This document shows positions 40,112 to 50,988 of a DNA stretch of 64,000 bases, one piece after another (within the stretch, counting starts at the first letter, position 1; the number at the start of each line of letters is the position of its first letter). A program made the translations under genes and the position numbers. Origin of the DNA: Acidobacteriota bacterium (lineage in GTDB: Bacteria > Acidobacteriota > UBA6911 > RPQK01 > JADFOI01); assembly GCA_963663035.1 (NCBI GenBank), contig OY760074.1, positions 2,688,001 through 2,752,000 of the forward strand, in the 5' to 3' direction. The notes below the pieces were generated by a model. The model saw only the letters and a program-made list of their open reading frames with translations. It ran no database searches and was not told where the DNA came from.

Positions 40112-42535
40112 ATGAATATAGATACCGAACTTCAAGATTACGAGGCGGCGGGATCGCTGGCCGAGGAATTGCCTTATTGGGGCTGGCTTGAAGATGAGCG
40201 GTCCTGTCTCACGCGGGCCGGGGAGTTGATGAGCTTGGCCCGCATTTCTCCTTTTGTCCTGGACGGCCAAACCCCAGAGCAGTTAGACCGGGTGGTTGAC
40301 CGCTGGCAACGGATGTTATCGGGCCTGGACGCCCGGACCCGGTTTTACTTCTATCTCTTGAGGCGTCCCGTTCGCTTCCCGGAAGTGCCGCCTAACGGCG
40401 CTTCCAAGGTGGTGACACTCGGCCAGCGAAAGCGCCGGGAATTTCTCACCAAGCGGGTGCAGGACGTGTCGGCTTATGTTGCATGGGCTTACGATCCGGG
40501 CCTATCCACCGTGGCATCCGAGAGGGCCGGGCCGTGGTGGATGGCGGGCGCGAAGAACTGGATGGCGCGGCGCAAGAACGCGCAGAGGTCCGTTTACCTC
40601 CATTCCTCGATAGAAGCGGCAAGCGCGGCGTTTCGGCAGACGGTCGATGCAAGCCGGGCTCTGGTGGATGATCTCACGCCCTTGCGCTTGCTCAAAGCCC
40701 ATGAAGCCTCAGAAGTTTTGAGCGAACTGACCAACCGGCCCGGAACGCCGTGGGACGGAGCGACCGGCAGCGGCATGAATTGGCGGCTGGCCGTCTCCGA
40801 ACTCGAAGCGGAGCGGCGCAACCTTCGCCTGGACGGGGAGCCCGTTGTGCTCTACTCGCTGCTCTCTCCCCCAGGCTCGGCCCGCAGCAATCTCTTGGCC
40901 GATCTTTACCGGCTCGATGCGACCTTGACGGTCACGCTCGAATGGCGTCCCCAGCGCCTCGATTCTGCCCGGCGAAAGATCCGGGGAGCGCAGCGCCATT
41001 ACTTCTCGAAGCGGTATTCGATGAGCGCCCACGTTCAAGAGACGGAGGGGAGCGCGGCGGCGATGGTGGACACGGCAGCAGCGGCGGAGAGTGACCGCTT
41101 AGGGGATGCTCTCGTGGAGCTTGAGACGGACGGTGTTGCTTACGGCGACCTTGCCCTTACGATTGCGATCCACGGCCCGTTAGAGCACTCCGAGAGCCTG
41201 GACGGGGATATTCGGCGCATCTTCGCCAGCCACGACGCCAAGGCGATCCGCGAGGGATACGGGCAGCTTCCCGCTTGGTTCTCAAGATTGCCAGGGCAAC
41301 CCCGGAGGCGGCAGGTCCGATCCGTGTTTGTATCGGCAGGTGTGACCGCTTGCATGGCCCCGATCTTCGGTCCACCTGTGGGAACTCCCCAGAGCGGTCA
41401 CTTACGCAAGGCAGCCCTGGCCATCCTTGAGACCGGGTGGCGGACCCCCTACCACTACGATCTATTTCAGGGCGACGTAGGACATACGCTGGTCCTTGGA
41501 GCCACCGGCGCGGGCAAAAGTTTCTTGCTCAATTTCCTGCTGGTGCAGGCCCTTCAATACGATCCCCGCGTCCTGATTCTCGATCTAGGGGGTTCTTACC
41601 GCTGGCTCACCCAATTTTTAGGCGGGGGATACATGGAGCTTTCACCGGCAGCGGCAGACGGCGAAGGGTTCCAGCTACGGCCTTTCTCTTTACCGGCAGG
41701 AGAGCGGACCTATCAATTTCTGACCGGCTGGATTTCCCGGCTGCTTCGCATCGGCGGATGGAACTTGAGCGGTTCCGATCCGAGCGAGATCCGCGCCCGC
41801 GTGGAAGACCTCTACGCTTTCGAGCCACCGGAGCGGACCCTTGGAACGCTGGTCCACTCTTTGCCCTCAAAGATGTGGCCCGCGCTTGGCCGCTGGCACG
41901 GTGACGGCGCATGGGGCAAATACTTCGATAACCCGGCAGACGGCGAAGACCTGCAATTTCAGGACTGGCAGGTGATCGACATGGCGGGCGCGGCGGAGCA
42001 TGACGACTTATGCGAGGCGGCGCTGTTCTACCTTTTGGAGCGGTTGCGGCTGGCCCTGGAAAATCCGGACGAGACCGCCCGCGTCAAGCTCATGGTGGTC
42101 GATGAAGCGTGGCGCTACCTTCAAGATCCCGCCGTCCTTTCCTATCTCGCAGAAGCCGCCAAGACATGGCGCAAGAAGAACGCGGCGCTGATCGTGGCGA
42201 CTCAAAGCGCCGTAGACGTAACGGGAACGGCGGGCGCGGAAGTCTTGCTTGAATCCATGCCGACCAAGCTATTCCTTGCCAACCCGGACCTGCCTGAGAA
42301 GGCCGCAGAAACCTTCCGGTTGAACCCCTCGGAAATGAACATCATTCGAGGCTTGATCCCCAAGCGGGAGCTTTACTTGAGGCGCACCGACGCGGCAGGG
42401 ATCTTACGCCTTGAAGTCGATCCGGCCAGCTATTGGCTTTACACATCTTCGCCGGTTGACGCGGCCAAACGGGCCGCAGCCGTCGAAGAACACGGCCTGG
42501 AACAGGCCCTTGAACACCTATCGAAACGGAGGTAA
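40112..42535 (+). CDS. virB4: VirB4 ATPase
   Basis: GHTLVLGATGAGKS, ILDLGGSY, VVDEAW, TWRKKN, ATQS. Confidence 0.92.
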   Translation: MNIDTELQDYEAAGSLAEELPYWGWLEDERSCLTRAGELMSLARISPFVLDGQTPEQLDRVVDRWQRMLSGLDARTRFYFYLLRRPVRFPEVPPNGASKVVTLGQRKRREFLTKRVQDVSAYVAWAYDPGLSTVASERAGPWWMAGAKNWMARRKNAQRSVYLHSSIEAASAAFRQTVDASRALVDDLTPLRLLKAHEASEVLSELTNRPGTPWDGATGSGMNWRLAVSELEAERRNLRLDGEPVVLYSLLSPPGSARSNLLADLYRLDATLTVTLEWRPQRLDSARRKIRGAQRHYFSKRYSMSAHVQETEGSAAAMVDTAAAAESDRLGDALVELETDGVAYGDLALTIAIHGPLEHSESLDGDIRRIFASHDAKAIREGYGQLPAWFSRLPGQPRRRQVRSVFVSAGVTACMAPIFGPPVGTPQSGHLRKAALAILETGWRTPYHYDLFQGDVGHTLVLGATGAGKSFLLNFLLVQALQYDPRVLILDLGGSYRWLTQFLGGGYMELSPAAADGEGFQLRPFSLPAGERTYQFLTGWISRLLRIGGWNLSGSDPSEIRARVEDLYAFEPPERTLGTLVHSLPSKMWPALGRWHGDGAWGKYFDNPADGEDLQFQDWQVIDMAGAAEHDDLCEAALFYLLERLRLALENPDETARVKLMVVDEAWRYLQDPAVLSYLAEAAKTWRKKNAALIVATQSAVDVTGTAGAEVLLESMPTKLFLANPDLPEKAAETFRLNPSEMNIIRGLIPKRELYLRRTDAAGILRLEVDPASYWLYTSSPVDAAKRAAAVEEHGLEQALEHLSKRR

Positions 42536-42539
42536 TTCG

Positions 42540-43382
42540 ATGTTGAAATTCATTCCACTTTTGGTTACGGCGGTCCTGGCCTTGCCGGGGCCGCTGCTGG
42601 CTCAGGACGCCGGAGCGGTGTTGCGGATCATCGAGGCCCAGGATCAGATTGTGAGGATTCAGGCCAAGACGAGGCACACCACTGTAATCGTGCTGCCCGC
42701 GTCCGAGGACATTCTTGATTTCGTGGTGGGGGATTCCGAGTATTGGCACCTGACCGGCGCGGCCAATCTCGCTTTCCTGAAACCGATTGCGGAAGGGGTC
42801 ACAACGAACGTGGCGCTGGTCTGTGAATCCGGGCGCATCTATTCGTTCCTGGTGACGGAGGAAAGCGCCGGGGAGCCGCATCTAATCGTCCGGGTGGAGC
42901 ACCCGCAGATTGACGATCCCCGCATCTCGCCGGGTGTCAACACCCCGGCCTTTGTCCGGCGATCCCAGGTCACGGCCTATCAGGAAATGGCGGAAACCGC
43001 CATGAAGACCGTCGCCACGGTGCAGGAGGAAGCCGAGGCCCGCGTTGCCGAGGCGAAGGCCCAGGCCCAGGGTGAGACAGAGGCTTTCCGGTCGGACTAT
43101 CCCACCCGGTTGAACTTCCCTTACCGCTTGGAGGACAAGGCGATCAAATGGCCGTTTCTGGTCGAGGGAATGTGGAATGACGGGCAGTTTACCTATCTTC
43201 GCTCGAACGCCCAGGAGACGCCCGCACTGTACGAAGAAAAGGACGGGAAACCGGCCTTGGTTGCCTACGATCTTGAAGAAGACGGCCTGTATATCGCCCG
43301 TCATGTTTTAGGCAACGGCTGGTTGCAGATCGGCAAAGAAAAAGCCAAGTGGCGCTTCACCGCGCCGAAGGTGGCACCGTGA
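42540..43382 (+). CDS. virB9: TrbG/VirB9 core complex protein
   Basis: Signal peptide; TTVIVLP..EDILDFVVGD, NLAFLKP, NDGQFTY. Confidence 0.88.
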   Translation: MLKFIPLLVTAVLALPGPLLAQDAGAVLRIIEAQDQIVRIQAKTRHTTVIVLPASEDILDFVVGDSEYWHLTGAANLAFLKPIAEGVTTNVALVCESGRIYSFLVTEESAGEPHLIVRVEHPQIDDPRISPGVNTPAFVRRSQVTAYQEMAETAMKTVATVQEEAEARVAEAKAQAQGETEAFRSDYPTRLNFPYRLEDKAIKWPFLVEGMWNDGQFTYLRSNAQETPALYEEKDGKPALVAYDLEEDGLYIARHVLGNGWLQIGKEKAKWRFTAPKVAP

Positions 43383-44782
43383 GTAGTGGATGGAAACGCC
43401 TGTACCCCAAGCCAGCCGGGAGCTTGCCGGGCGGCATTGTCACTCAATGGGGGGTGGCGCTTATTACTGTTCTAATCCTGATCTTTGTCGCGCTGTGGCT
43501 GGCAAGCGGAGGCACGGAGCAAGCGGAGATCGACTCCATAGGGGGAGAAGTCACCGGCCCGGCGCGGAACTTCGCCGGGCAGATGGCCGCGCAGGTCGAA
43601 GCCGAGGCGCTACGGGCCGAGACGCGCCGGGCGGCGGCGGATCGGACCCTACAGGCGCAGCAGCGCCAGGAGGCGCAGGAAGTCGCAACGGGCGCGATCG
43701 GAGGCGGGCAGGTGACGATGGACGAGGCGATGCTACTGGCCGGGCCGAGTCCTGAAACCGGCAGAGCATACACACAGCAGGAATTTGAACTCCGGGAACG
43801 GTTGCGCCTGGAAGCCTTGGAGCGGCGGAGCCGGTCGCTTCGCAGTTCGCCGGTGGCTCAGACCTACCGGCAATTCGCCCGCGCCAGATCACCGGCGGAG
43901 GCGGGCGCGGAGCCCGGCCCGGTCGAAGCGATCCGCGCCGAGGGAGCGGCGGCGCTTTCTCAGGCCCTTGGGACGTTCCAGGGTGTGACGGGCAGCCTGG
44001 AAGATGAAATAGGGGCGGAGGCGGACGCGGATCGGGCTTTCCTTGCGGCCCTCACCGGAGCGCAGCGGGGCGGTGGACCGGACCCGGCCCAGGCCGTTCC
44101 TCCTGGACCGGCAGCGCCCGCAGCGCCCGCGCCTAATTCGCTAGGCTTTCCCGGTGCGGCGGCGCAACCGTCCCGCGACTATGCCAACCCTTCGCGGCTT
44201 GAGGGCGGCGACGATCCGCCAGGGTGGGAACGGATCTATGAGGGAGCGTTCCTTGAGGCCGTGCTTGTCACCCAACTATCCGGTGACTTTCCCGGCCCGG
44301 TCCTGGCCCAGGTTGCCGTGCCGTTTTACTCCGCTGACCGCCAGCGGGTTTTAGTCCCGCGTGGAGCGCGGGCGATCGGAACCGCGTCGGCAGTTCTAGG
44401 CCAAGACCAAGAGCGCCTGGCCGTGTCTTTCCATCGGTTGATCTACCCGGACGGGCGATGGGTGACACTGGACTTTCACGGCCTCAACCAAGTGGGAGAA
44501 GGCGCGTTGAAAGATCGGGTGAACCGCCACTATTTCTCGATGTTTGCCGCTGTCGGAGCGGTTGGCATCATTAGCGGCCTCACCTTGCAGAACTCGAACC
44601 CTTACGGCGGCGGCGCTCAAGCGTTCCGGGCCGGAGCCGGGCAAGGGCTCGGCCAAGCGGCGGAGCAAATCTTGCAGCGTTTCTTGAACCGTTTACCCAC
44701 CCTCACCATCCGGGCCGGGCATCGGCTCCGTATCTGGTTTACGTCCGATGTACTGGTCCCCCGAAACCTGAAAGGAGAATGA
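43379..44782 (+). CDS. virB10: TrbI/VirB10 protein
   Basis: EGAFLEAVL, LVPRGA, RLAVSFHRLIYPDG, VNRHY, PTLTIRAGHR. Confidence 0.9.
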   Translation: MSSGWKRLYPKPAGSLPGGIVTQWGVALITVLILIFVALWLASGGTEQAEIDSIGGEVTGPARNFAGQMAAQVEAEALRAETRRAAADRTLQAQQRQEAQEVATGAIGGGQVTMDEAMLLAGPSPETGRAYTQQEFELRERLRLEALERRSRSLRSSPVAQTYRQFARARSPAEAGAEPGPVEAIRAEGAAALSQALGTFQGVTGSLEDEIGAEADADRAFLAALTGAQRGGGPDPAQAVPPGPAAPAAPAPNSLGFPGAAAQPSRDYANPSRLEGGDDPPGWERIYEGAFLEAVLVTQLSGDFPGPVLAQVAVPFYSADRQRVLVPRGARAIGTASAVLGQDQERLAVSFHRLIYPDGRWVTLDFHGLNQVGEGALKDRVNRHYFSMFAAVGAVGIISGLTLQNSNPYGGGAQAFRAGAGQGLGQAAEQILQRFLNRLPTLTIRAGHRLRIWFTSDVLVPRNLKGE

Positions 44783-45699
44783 AAATGAAACACCGAATCG
44801 TGAGCGGCCTTGTCTTGGTTCCCCTCATGATCGTACTGAGCACCACGCCCGCCTACGCCATCTTTGGCTCGATCTTGGCGGCGATCCAGCGGGCGCAGAT
44901 GATCGTCAATCAGGGGGTCCAAATCTACAACGATGCAATGGAGAAGATCACGATGAACGGGCAGCTAACGGAACTGACCGATCAATTCTCGCACCTAAAA
45001 GAGCAAGCCCTTGGCACGGTCGGGGCGCTTTCGCAACCCTTCACCGATCTTAGCTCGGTCCCGACTGAATTTATCGGCGCGGGCCTTTCCTGGAAGAACG
45101 ACTTTACCGGCGTGGCCGGGGAGTTGGCCGGGGCGGTGGAGCAGCTAGGAGAATCGGGGACCAGTTTCAGCGACGCATGGAGGGACCGCTTGACGGCCAG
45201 TAACACCATATCGGAGAGCGATTTTCTGAGCCTCTACGCGGGCCAGAGCCCGGAGGTAGGAGCGGCGGCGTCACGGGTCTACCTAGCGGCAGCAGAGGCC
45301 GGGGATAAGAAGCTCGTCATGGCTCACGCCCAAAGTGACGCGGCCAAGAATCTGATGGTGGCCGCGAAGGAAGCGGTTTCGTCCTATGAAGGATTGCGAA
45401 ACAACACGAACACGAGCAACACCGCGCTACAGCAAGCGATGGTTGCCGGGACCGTGACCCAGGGCAACCTTACCGCTGCTATGGCGCAGTTGATGGTTTA
45501 TCAGGCGTCCAAGGAGAGCGCGAAAGAGTACGAACAGGAGATAGCACGGCGCGAAGAACTGGCCCGTTTCGTGGAGGCCGAGCGCCAAGCTCAGATTACG
45601 TTTGACGCGCAGCAAGCAGGGATTGCGGCCCGCGTAGATTCGATGCGCGAGGGGTTGCTTTTCAGAGTCCCGGCGCTCTACGGCGGACCCGGCCAGTAG
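44779..45699 (+). CDS. TrbJ/VirB5-like exported protein
   Basis: Signal peptide (AYA), helical, located between virB10 and virB6. Confidence 0.55.
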   Translation: MKMKHRIVSGLVLVPLMIVLSTTPAYAIFGSILAAIQRAQMIVNQGVQIYNDAMEKITMNGQLTELTDQFSHLKEQALGTVGALSQPFTDLSSVPTEFIGAGLSWKNDFTGVAGELAGAVEQLGESGTSFSDAWRDRLTASNTISESDFLSLYAGQSPEVGAAASRVYLAAAEAGDKKLVMAHAQSDAAKNLMVAAKEAVSSYEGLRNNTNTSNTALQQAMVAGTVTQGNLTAAMAQLMVYQASKESAKEYEQEIARREELARFVEAERQAQITFDAQQAGIAARVDSMREGLLFRVPALYGGPGQ

Positions 45700-45708
45700 G
45701 CCGCGCCG

Positions 45709-46710
45709 ATGCAGATTCAGATTGACCCGAATATCCCCGCCAATCTCCCCCCGGAGGAAATAAGGGATTTCCAATCCTTCATTCAGACCGCCCTTGACGG
45801 CCTTACGGCAGCGGCGGGCGGTGAGGTGATGACCCTTGGGACGGGCATGTTTGCCGGGCTTGCGTTGATTGTCATCGTAATCGCCGGAGTCAAGATCGCG
45901 TTTAGCGGGAATATCCAACCGTGGGAAGTGGTGCGGCTTGTCATTGGGATATGGATTCCGTGGGTGATGATGCAGTTCTACACGACCACGATTCCCGGCA
46001 TGTCCCAAACCTTTCCGGGGATGATTGCCGAGGGCGGGAACTTTCTACACGAAATGTTGCTAGGCGACATCATTAGCTCGATGCAAACCGAACTCGGAGA
46101 CATGGTGAGGGCCATAGCCGCGAACATGCAAACGCAAGCGGCCCAGGGGAACGTGATCGGGATTTTAACGGGCGGCGTCCACGCCTTCATTACCGCCGTG
46201 GCCGGGAGCATCATCATGGCGCTTTTAGTTCTCATGCTCATCGTCTTATTCGCTGTCACCTACGCTCAGGTGATCTGGGCTCAAATCGCGCTTGCGATCC
46301 TCATCATTCTAGGGCCGATCTTTATCCCGTTTCTCGTGTTCGAGCCGATGGCCTTTCTCTTTTGGGGCTGGTTCAAAGGGATGCTTACCTATTCGCTCTA
46401 TGCCGTGATCGCCGGGTGTGTGTTGCGGGTGTTCAGCGCCGTGGGAATTGCGTATATCACGACGCTGGGCGGCGCGAACCTGGACACCCAATCTATGACT
46501 CAAGTGGGCCTATGGACGCTGGCCGTCATTCCCCTTTTCATTGCCGGGCTTCTCTCATCGCTCAAATGCGGCGAGCTGGCTTCGATGCTCGTCACCGGAG
46601 GCGGAGCGGGAGGAAGCGGACTCATGGGTATGGCGACAACGGCAGGGATGGCAGCGGCCAGCGGCGGAGCGGCAGCGGCCAAGACAGCAGCATCAGGAGG
46701 GATCAAGTGA
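45709..46710 (+). CDS. virB6: TrbL/VirB6 inner-membrane protein
   Basis: Polytopic; LGPIFIPFLVF..MAFLFWGWFK; Gly/Ala-rich tail. Confidence 0.85.
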   Translation: MQIQIDPNIPANLPPEEIRDFQSFIQTALDGLTAAAGGEVMTLGTGMFAGLALIVIVIAGVKIAFSGNIQPWEVVRLVIGIWIPWVMMQFYTTTIPGMSQTFPGMIAEGGNFLHEMLLGDIISSMQTELGDMVRAIAANMQTQAAQGNVIGILTGGVHAFITAVAGSIIMALLVLMLIVLFAVTYAQVIWAQIALAILIILGPIFIPFLVFEPMAFLFWGWFKGMLTYSLYAVIAGCVLRVFSAVGIAYITTLGGANLDTQSMTQVGLWTLAVIPLFIAGLLSSLKCGELASMLVTGGGAGGSGLMGMATTAGMAAASGGAAAAKTAASGGIK

Positions 46711-47387
46711 GCCAAGATAAGACGCCACCGGCGAAAGACGCGGGCGCGGAGTACGCCGAAATATGGGGCGAGGCGATCCACTCCAACCGTCACCTTCGGA
46801 CGATCACGGTGGGGCTTGGCATTGCGGTAATTTTGTTGATTATCGTGGTCATCCGCATTGCCTCAGTCGATCCCCCCCGGCCCATCGTGGTGAGGGTGGA
46901 TGAAATAGGCCGGGCCGAAGCCGTCGCCTATGACGTGATGGAGGCCCAGGCCGACCCGCTGGACCCGACGACCAAATACTTTCTCAATCGTTTCGTCTAT
47001 GACTTCTATTCCCGTCGCCGGGCGACGGTCGAAGAAAACTGGTCCCGCAGTCTCCGGTTTCTCACGACCGATCTAGCCAACGCATCCTTCCGGGCCGAGA
47101 GCCAGAATATCGCCCTCCTAGCGGCGGGCGCGGCCCGCGATGAGTTGCAGGTGGATCGTGTCGTTTTGAGGATTCAGGCCAACCCCCAGGAGCCCCACAG
47201 CGCGACGGCCGATTTTGACCTCGTGCGCCTTGTCGCCGAGGGCGAAGTGGACCGGGAGCGGTGGAGCTTATCGCTTCAATTCCTGTTCCTCGATGAGATC
47301 CCCCCCGATCTGATTGTTCACAATCCTATGGGTATCGTTATCACCTACCTGCAAGGAGATCGGGCGGTGGTGACGGGCGACCGATGA
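46707..47387 (+). CDS. virB8: VirB8/TrbF protein
   Basis: GTGA overlap; PIVVRVDEIGRAEAV, KYFLNRFV, NPMGIVITY. Confidence 0.85.
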   Translation: MSQDKTPPAKDAGAEYAEIWGEAIHSNRHLRTITVGLGIAVILLIIVVIRIASVDPPRPIVVRVDEIGRAEAVAYDVMEAQADPLDPTTKYFLNRFVYDFYSRRRATVEENWSRSLRFLTTDLANASFRAESQNIALLAAGAARDELQVDRVVLRIQANPQEPHSATADFDLVRLVAEGEVDRERWSLSLQFLFLDEIPPDLIVHNPMGIVITYLQGDRAVVTGDR

Positions 47388-48320
47388 TCGAGCATTTGAG
47401 GGGCCGGGAACAGGCGCTTGCATCTCTAGGATGGACCGGGCGGGAGGCGGAATGGATTGCCCTGGTCTGTCTCCACAGCGGCGTTTTCACCCGGCCTCAG
47501 TTTTGTCATTACTTCGATGCAGACAGCAAGCGGGCGCACCGTTTTGTCAAGGCATTAATTGGAGCGCGGGCAGCGGGTCGAGAGCGAGTGGCCGGTTGTC
47601 AACGGAGGCGGGAAGTCATGCCGGATATCGAGCAAGCCGATCTACCGGGCGCTGGGAATTGAGAACATCCGCCACCGGAGGAAAACTACCGTTTCCGTTC
47701 TCAGGCGGCGGCTTCTCTCGCTTGATTTTGTCCTGGAACATCCGGGCATGAACTGGCTTCCGACCGAGGGGGAAAAGGTCGAATTTATTGAAGGGCTAGG
47801 TGTCCATTCCAACCTCATTCCCCGGCGGATTTACTACGGCGCGGTTCGCGCTCAGAAACGCTATTTTGCGCTCAAGCTGCCCGTTGCCGGTGGCGATAAA
47901 ACCGTCACCTTCGCTTATGTCGATCCGGGCCATGCGACCGCCGTGGAATTCAACTCATGGGGAGCGGCGCATGGACCGCTTTGGGATGCGATCCGCGCCA
48001 AGGGGCGGCGGGTGGAGGTAATCGCCATCGGCGCGGAACTGGATACGGTTTTGCGGGCGGATCGAGTGCTACAGCTTTGGGCGGCGGCGGAGCCGGGGAA
48101 GGTGATCGAGGGGTTGACGGTGAAGCAGGAGATTAGCGCGATTAGGGAGGCGCTTCGACAAGCGCGACCTGGAATTTATGAGCCAGTACGGAGGGATGAA
48201 TCGAGGCCGGCGGAACGGTACAAGGAACTCCTGAAACTTCCCGAAGCGGAGCTTGCGGAAGGGGTCTCGATTGACGACTATTCGACGTACCGGGCCACCC
48301 GGTTTTCGGAGCCGGTTTGA
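47384..48320 (+). pseudogene. T4SS-associated hypothetical protein, frameshifted near 47560
   Basis: ORFs 47384..47662 (LGWTGREAEWIALVCLHSGVF) and 47559..48320 (YRALGIENIRHRR...LLSLDFVL) overlap in different frames. Confidence 0.65.
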
Positions 48321-48507
48321 GGGGCCAAATCCGGGGTGTTTTTCATGCCGCTGGGGGCCGCATGCTTTTTGCCACAGGGACAAAGGGGGGGGTGCGGCAT
48401 AAAAAGCGTGGGGGTGGAACATCCCCACATTCCTTGAACTCTTTTGTTTTCCGTGGTTTGCCCCTACTATTCGGCTTCCATAATGACGATACAGAAAAAT
48501 CCGGGAA

Positions 48508-48606
48508 GACGATAGCGACCCCCCCCGAAAAGGGGGGTTCCTACCGGCCCCGATAGCGGCGCGATGTGGCACGCCCCTACACCGGCCCCAGGGGGTCGCT
48601 ATCGTC
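48508..48606. repeat. 16-bp perfect inverted repeat with a nested alternative hairpin
   Basis: GACGATAGCGACCCCC 48508-48523 / GGGGGTCGCTATCGTC 48591-48606; CCCCCC-GAAAA-GGGGGG at 48521-48537. Confidence 0.85.
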
Positions 48607-48825
48607 GGTATTTATCCCTGCGGGAAGGCTCGGAAAAGACGCCCCGGAGCGGCGTGGATTAAGCGGAGAATGGCCCTATGGAATTGCGGAAGAACTGGCG
48701 GAAACTGACCACGGCCTTGAGCCGGTTTTGGCACCGGGAGGCCGGGCCGATGAACTGGAAAAACCCCGTCCGCGTGACGGCCTATATCGGCTGGGAAATT
48801 TTCAACGGCGTGGCTTTTTTGGTGG

Positions 48826-50988
48826 GTGAATGGGTCCGGTACGGCGTCCGGGCCGGGCAGATTTTCCTGGCAATTCCCCCCACCGCGATTCTCTTTTTCG
48901 GGGGGGGTTTGGTTCGCCGTTTGGAGCTTTGTACGGCGTCCTTTTCCGGCGCTTGAGACGGTCCCATTGCTCGATCTTTTGGAGTATCACAACCCGAATT
49001 TTTACAGTGCCGTTGTGGTTTGGTACTACCTTTCGCCGCTGGTGGCGGTGATGCTGGCCGGGTCTATTGCCCTGTCCGTTTGGAAGGTTTGGATTGAGGC
49101 GCGAAAGCGCGATTTAATTCCCTTCGGGGCGCTTCCCGCTTGGCCGCTTTCGCCGGAGCAGCCCGGCCCGGAAATCGTCATCGGGGAAGTGCATCATCCG
49201 GTCGAACCCAAGGAGATTTTCAACCCCGAATGGCTCACCATCCCGGAGCGCGGACTGTACACCGGCATTGCCATTTTCGGAGCGGTGGGGAGCGGTAAAA
49301 CTTCGGCTTGCATGCACCCCTTCGCCAAGCAGCTACTCGGCTGGCAAGCGGACGATCCAGAGAAGCGGGCGGCGGCGCTCATGCTCGAAGTGAAGGGGGA
49401 TTTTTGCCATGACATTCGCTCGATCCTGGACGGCGCGGGCCGGGGAGACGACTACCTGGAGATCGGAATGGGGGGCCTCTGGAAATGGAATCCCCTCTCC
49501 GCGTGGTGGCTCGATTCGTACTCGCTGGCCTACACCGTTGCCAGCCTTGCTGAATCAACTTTTCGGCAAGGGCAAGGAGCCCTTTTGGCAGCAAGCCTAT
49601 ACCAATCTGGTGCGCTGGATTATCGAGCTTCACCGGGTGCTACCGGAGCAGTGGGTGACATTGCAGCAGGTCTATCAATGCGCGATTGACCCGGATCTAT
49701 TCGCGGCCAAAATCAAACAGGCCGAGGCGTGGAGCGCAGAGCTAAACACCGGGGAGGTTTTCATTCCGGTCGAGACGTGGACGAAGCGGGCGGTGGAGGT
49801 TGGAGAGTGGCTATGGACGGGCGGCGGGGAAAACGGGAAGGAAATGCGGGCCGAATGGAGCCCGGAATTGGAGCATAAGCTAAAGGAATTGAGGGATCAA
49901 GCCTCGTATCGTTTGGGAGCCCGGAGCCGGTGACGATGTGAGAGAGCGGGTGGCCGCTGTGAAGCGGTGGTTTGACAACGACTGGCAAAAGCTGGACAAC
50001 AAAATCAAATCCTCGATTGTCGAAGGGGTTTCCGTATTCCTGTCGATGTTCGATATGCCGGACGTGGCGGCGGTGTTCTGTCCCCCGCCCCCGGAAGTGT
50101 CCGACGATCCCCGGCGCATTGGCCCGAAGGCCAGGGCCGCGATGCTGGCCAGAGGCAAAGGCCCAGGCCAAGGGCCAAGGGGAGGACAGCGCCGAGAAGA
50201 AGGCCCAGGAGTCCCGGCAATGGCCCGGCGATACCATTGCCGGAAGGCCGCGCCATTTACCCCCGCTCTATGAATTGATCGAGGGCGGCAAGGTGCTGGC
50301 CTTGAATATGCCAGCCGGGAGCAACCCGGCGCTGGCCCGCGCCATCGGCGTGATGCTCAAAAACGCATGGCTCCAAGCCTTGCTCATGCGGCCCGCGCAG
50401 ATGAAGGAATCCCCAAGCACTTACTTCCGGCCCGCTGTCTTTATTTGCGACGAGTACCAATCCTTCGCGTCGGTGGGCGAGGACGATCCCACCGGCGATG
50501 AGAAATCCTTTGCCTTAACGCGGCAATGCCGGTGCATCCCGATTGTTGCGACCCAATCCATATCCTCATTGCGGGCCGTGCTGGGCAGTTCGGAGGCGTG
50601 GCGGGCGCTGCTACAGACACTTCGCACCCGGATCTTTCTATCCTTGAGCGACGACGCCAGCGCCAAGATCGCATCGGAATTGTGCGGGCAGGTTGCCAAG
50701 ATCAAAGGATCGTACACGATCAGCGAGACCTCGAAGCGGGCGGGCGTGTCCCCGCTATCGGGCCGGGCCGGTGGAGGCGGCGGGAGCATCGGCGCAACCA
50801 AGTCTTTCCAGGAGCGCCGGGAGGCCGTCTTTCACCCGCGAGACTTCACCTTGCTTGGAAACTGTCAAGCCATTTGCTTGCCCTATGACGGAGCGCAATC
50901 GCTGGAACCCCGGAGGGTCTATCTCAAACCTCATTACCTTCCCCTGGATCATTCTTATTGGAGAGCGAAGGAGGCCGGACAGATATGA
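48826..50988 (+). pseudogene. virD4: Type IV coupling protein (VirD4/TraD-like), split by several frameshifts
   Basis: GAVGSGKT, LEVKGDF, EPFWQQAY, FICDEYQSF, IVATQSISSL, ASELCG across ORFs 48826, 49409, 49938, 49972. Confidence 0.85.
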
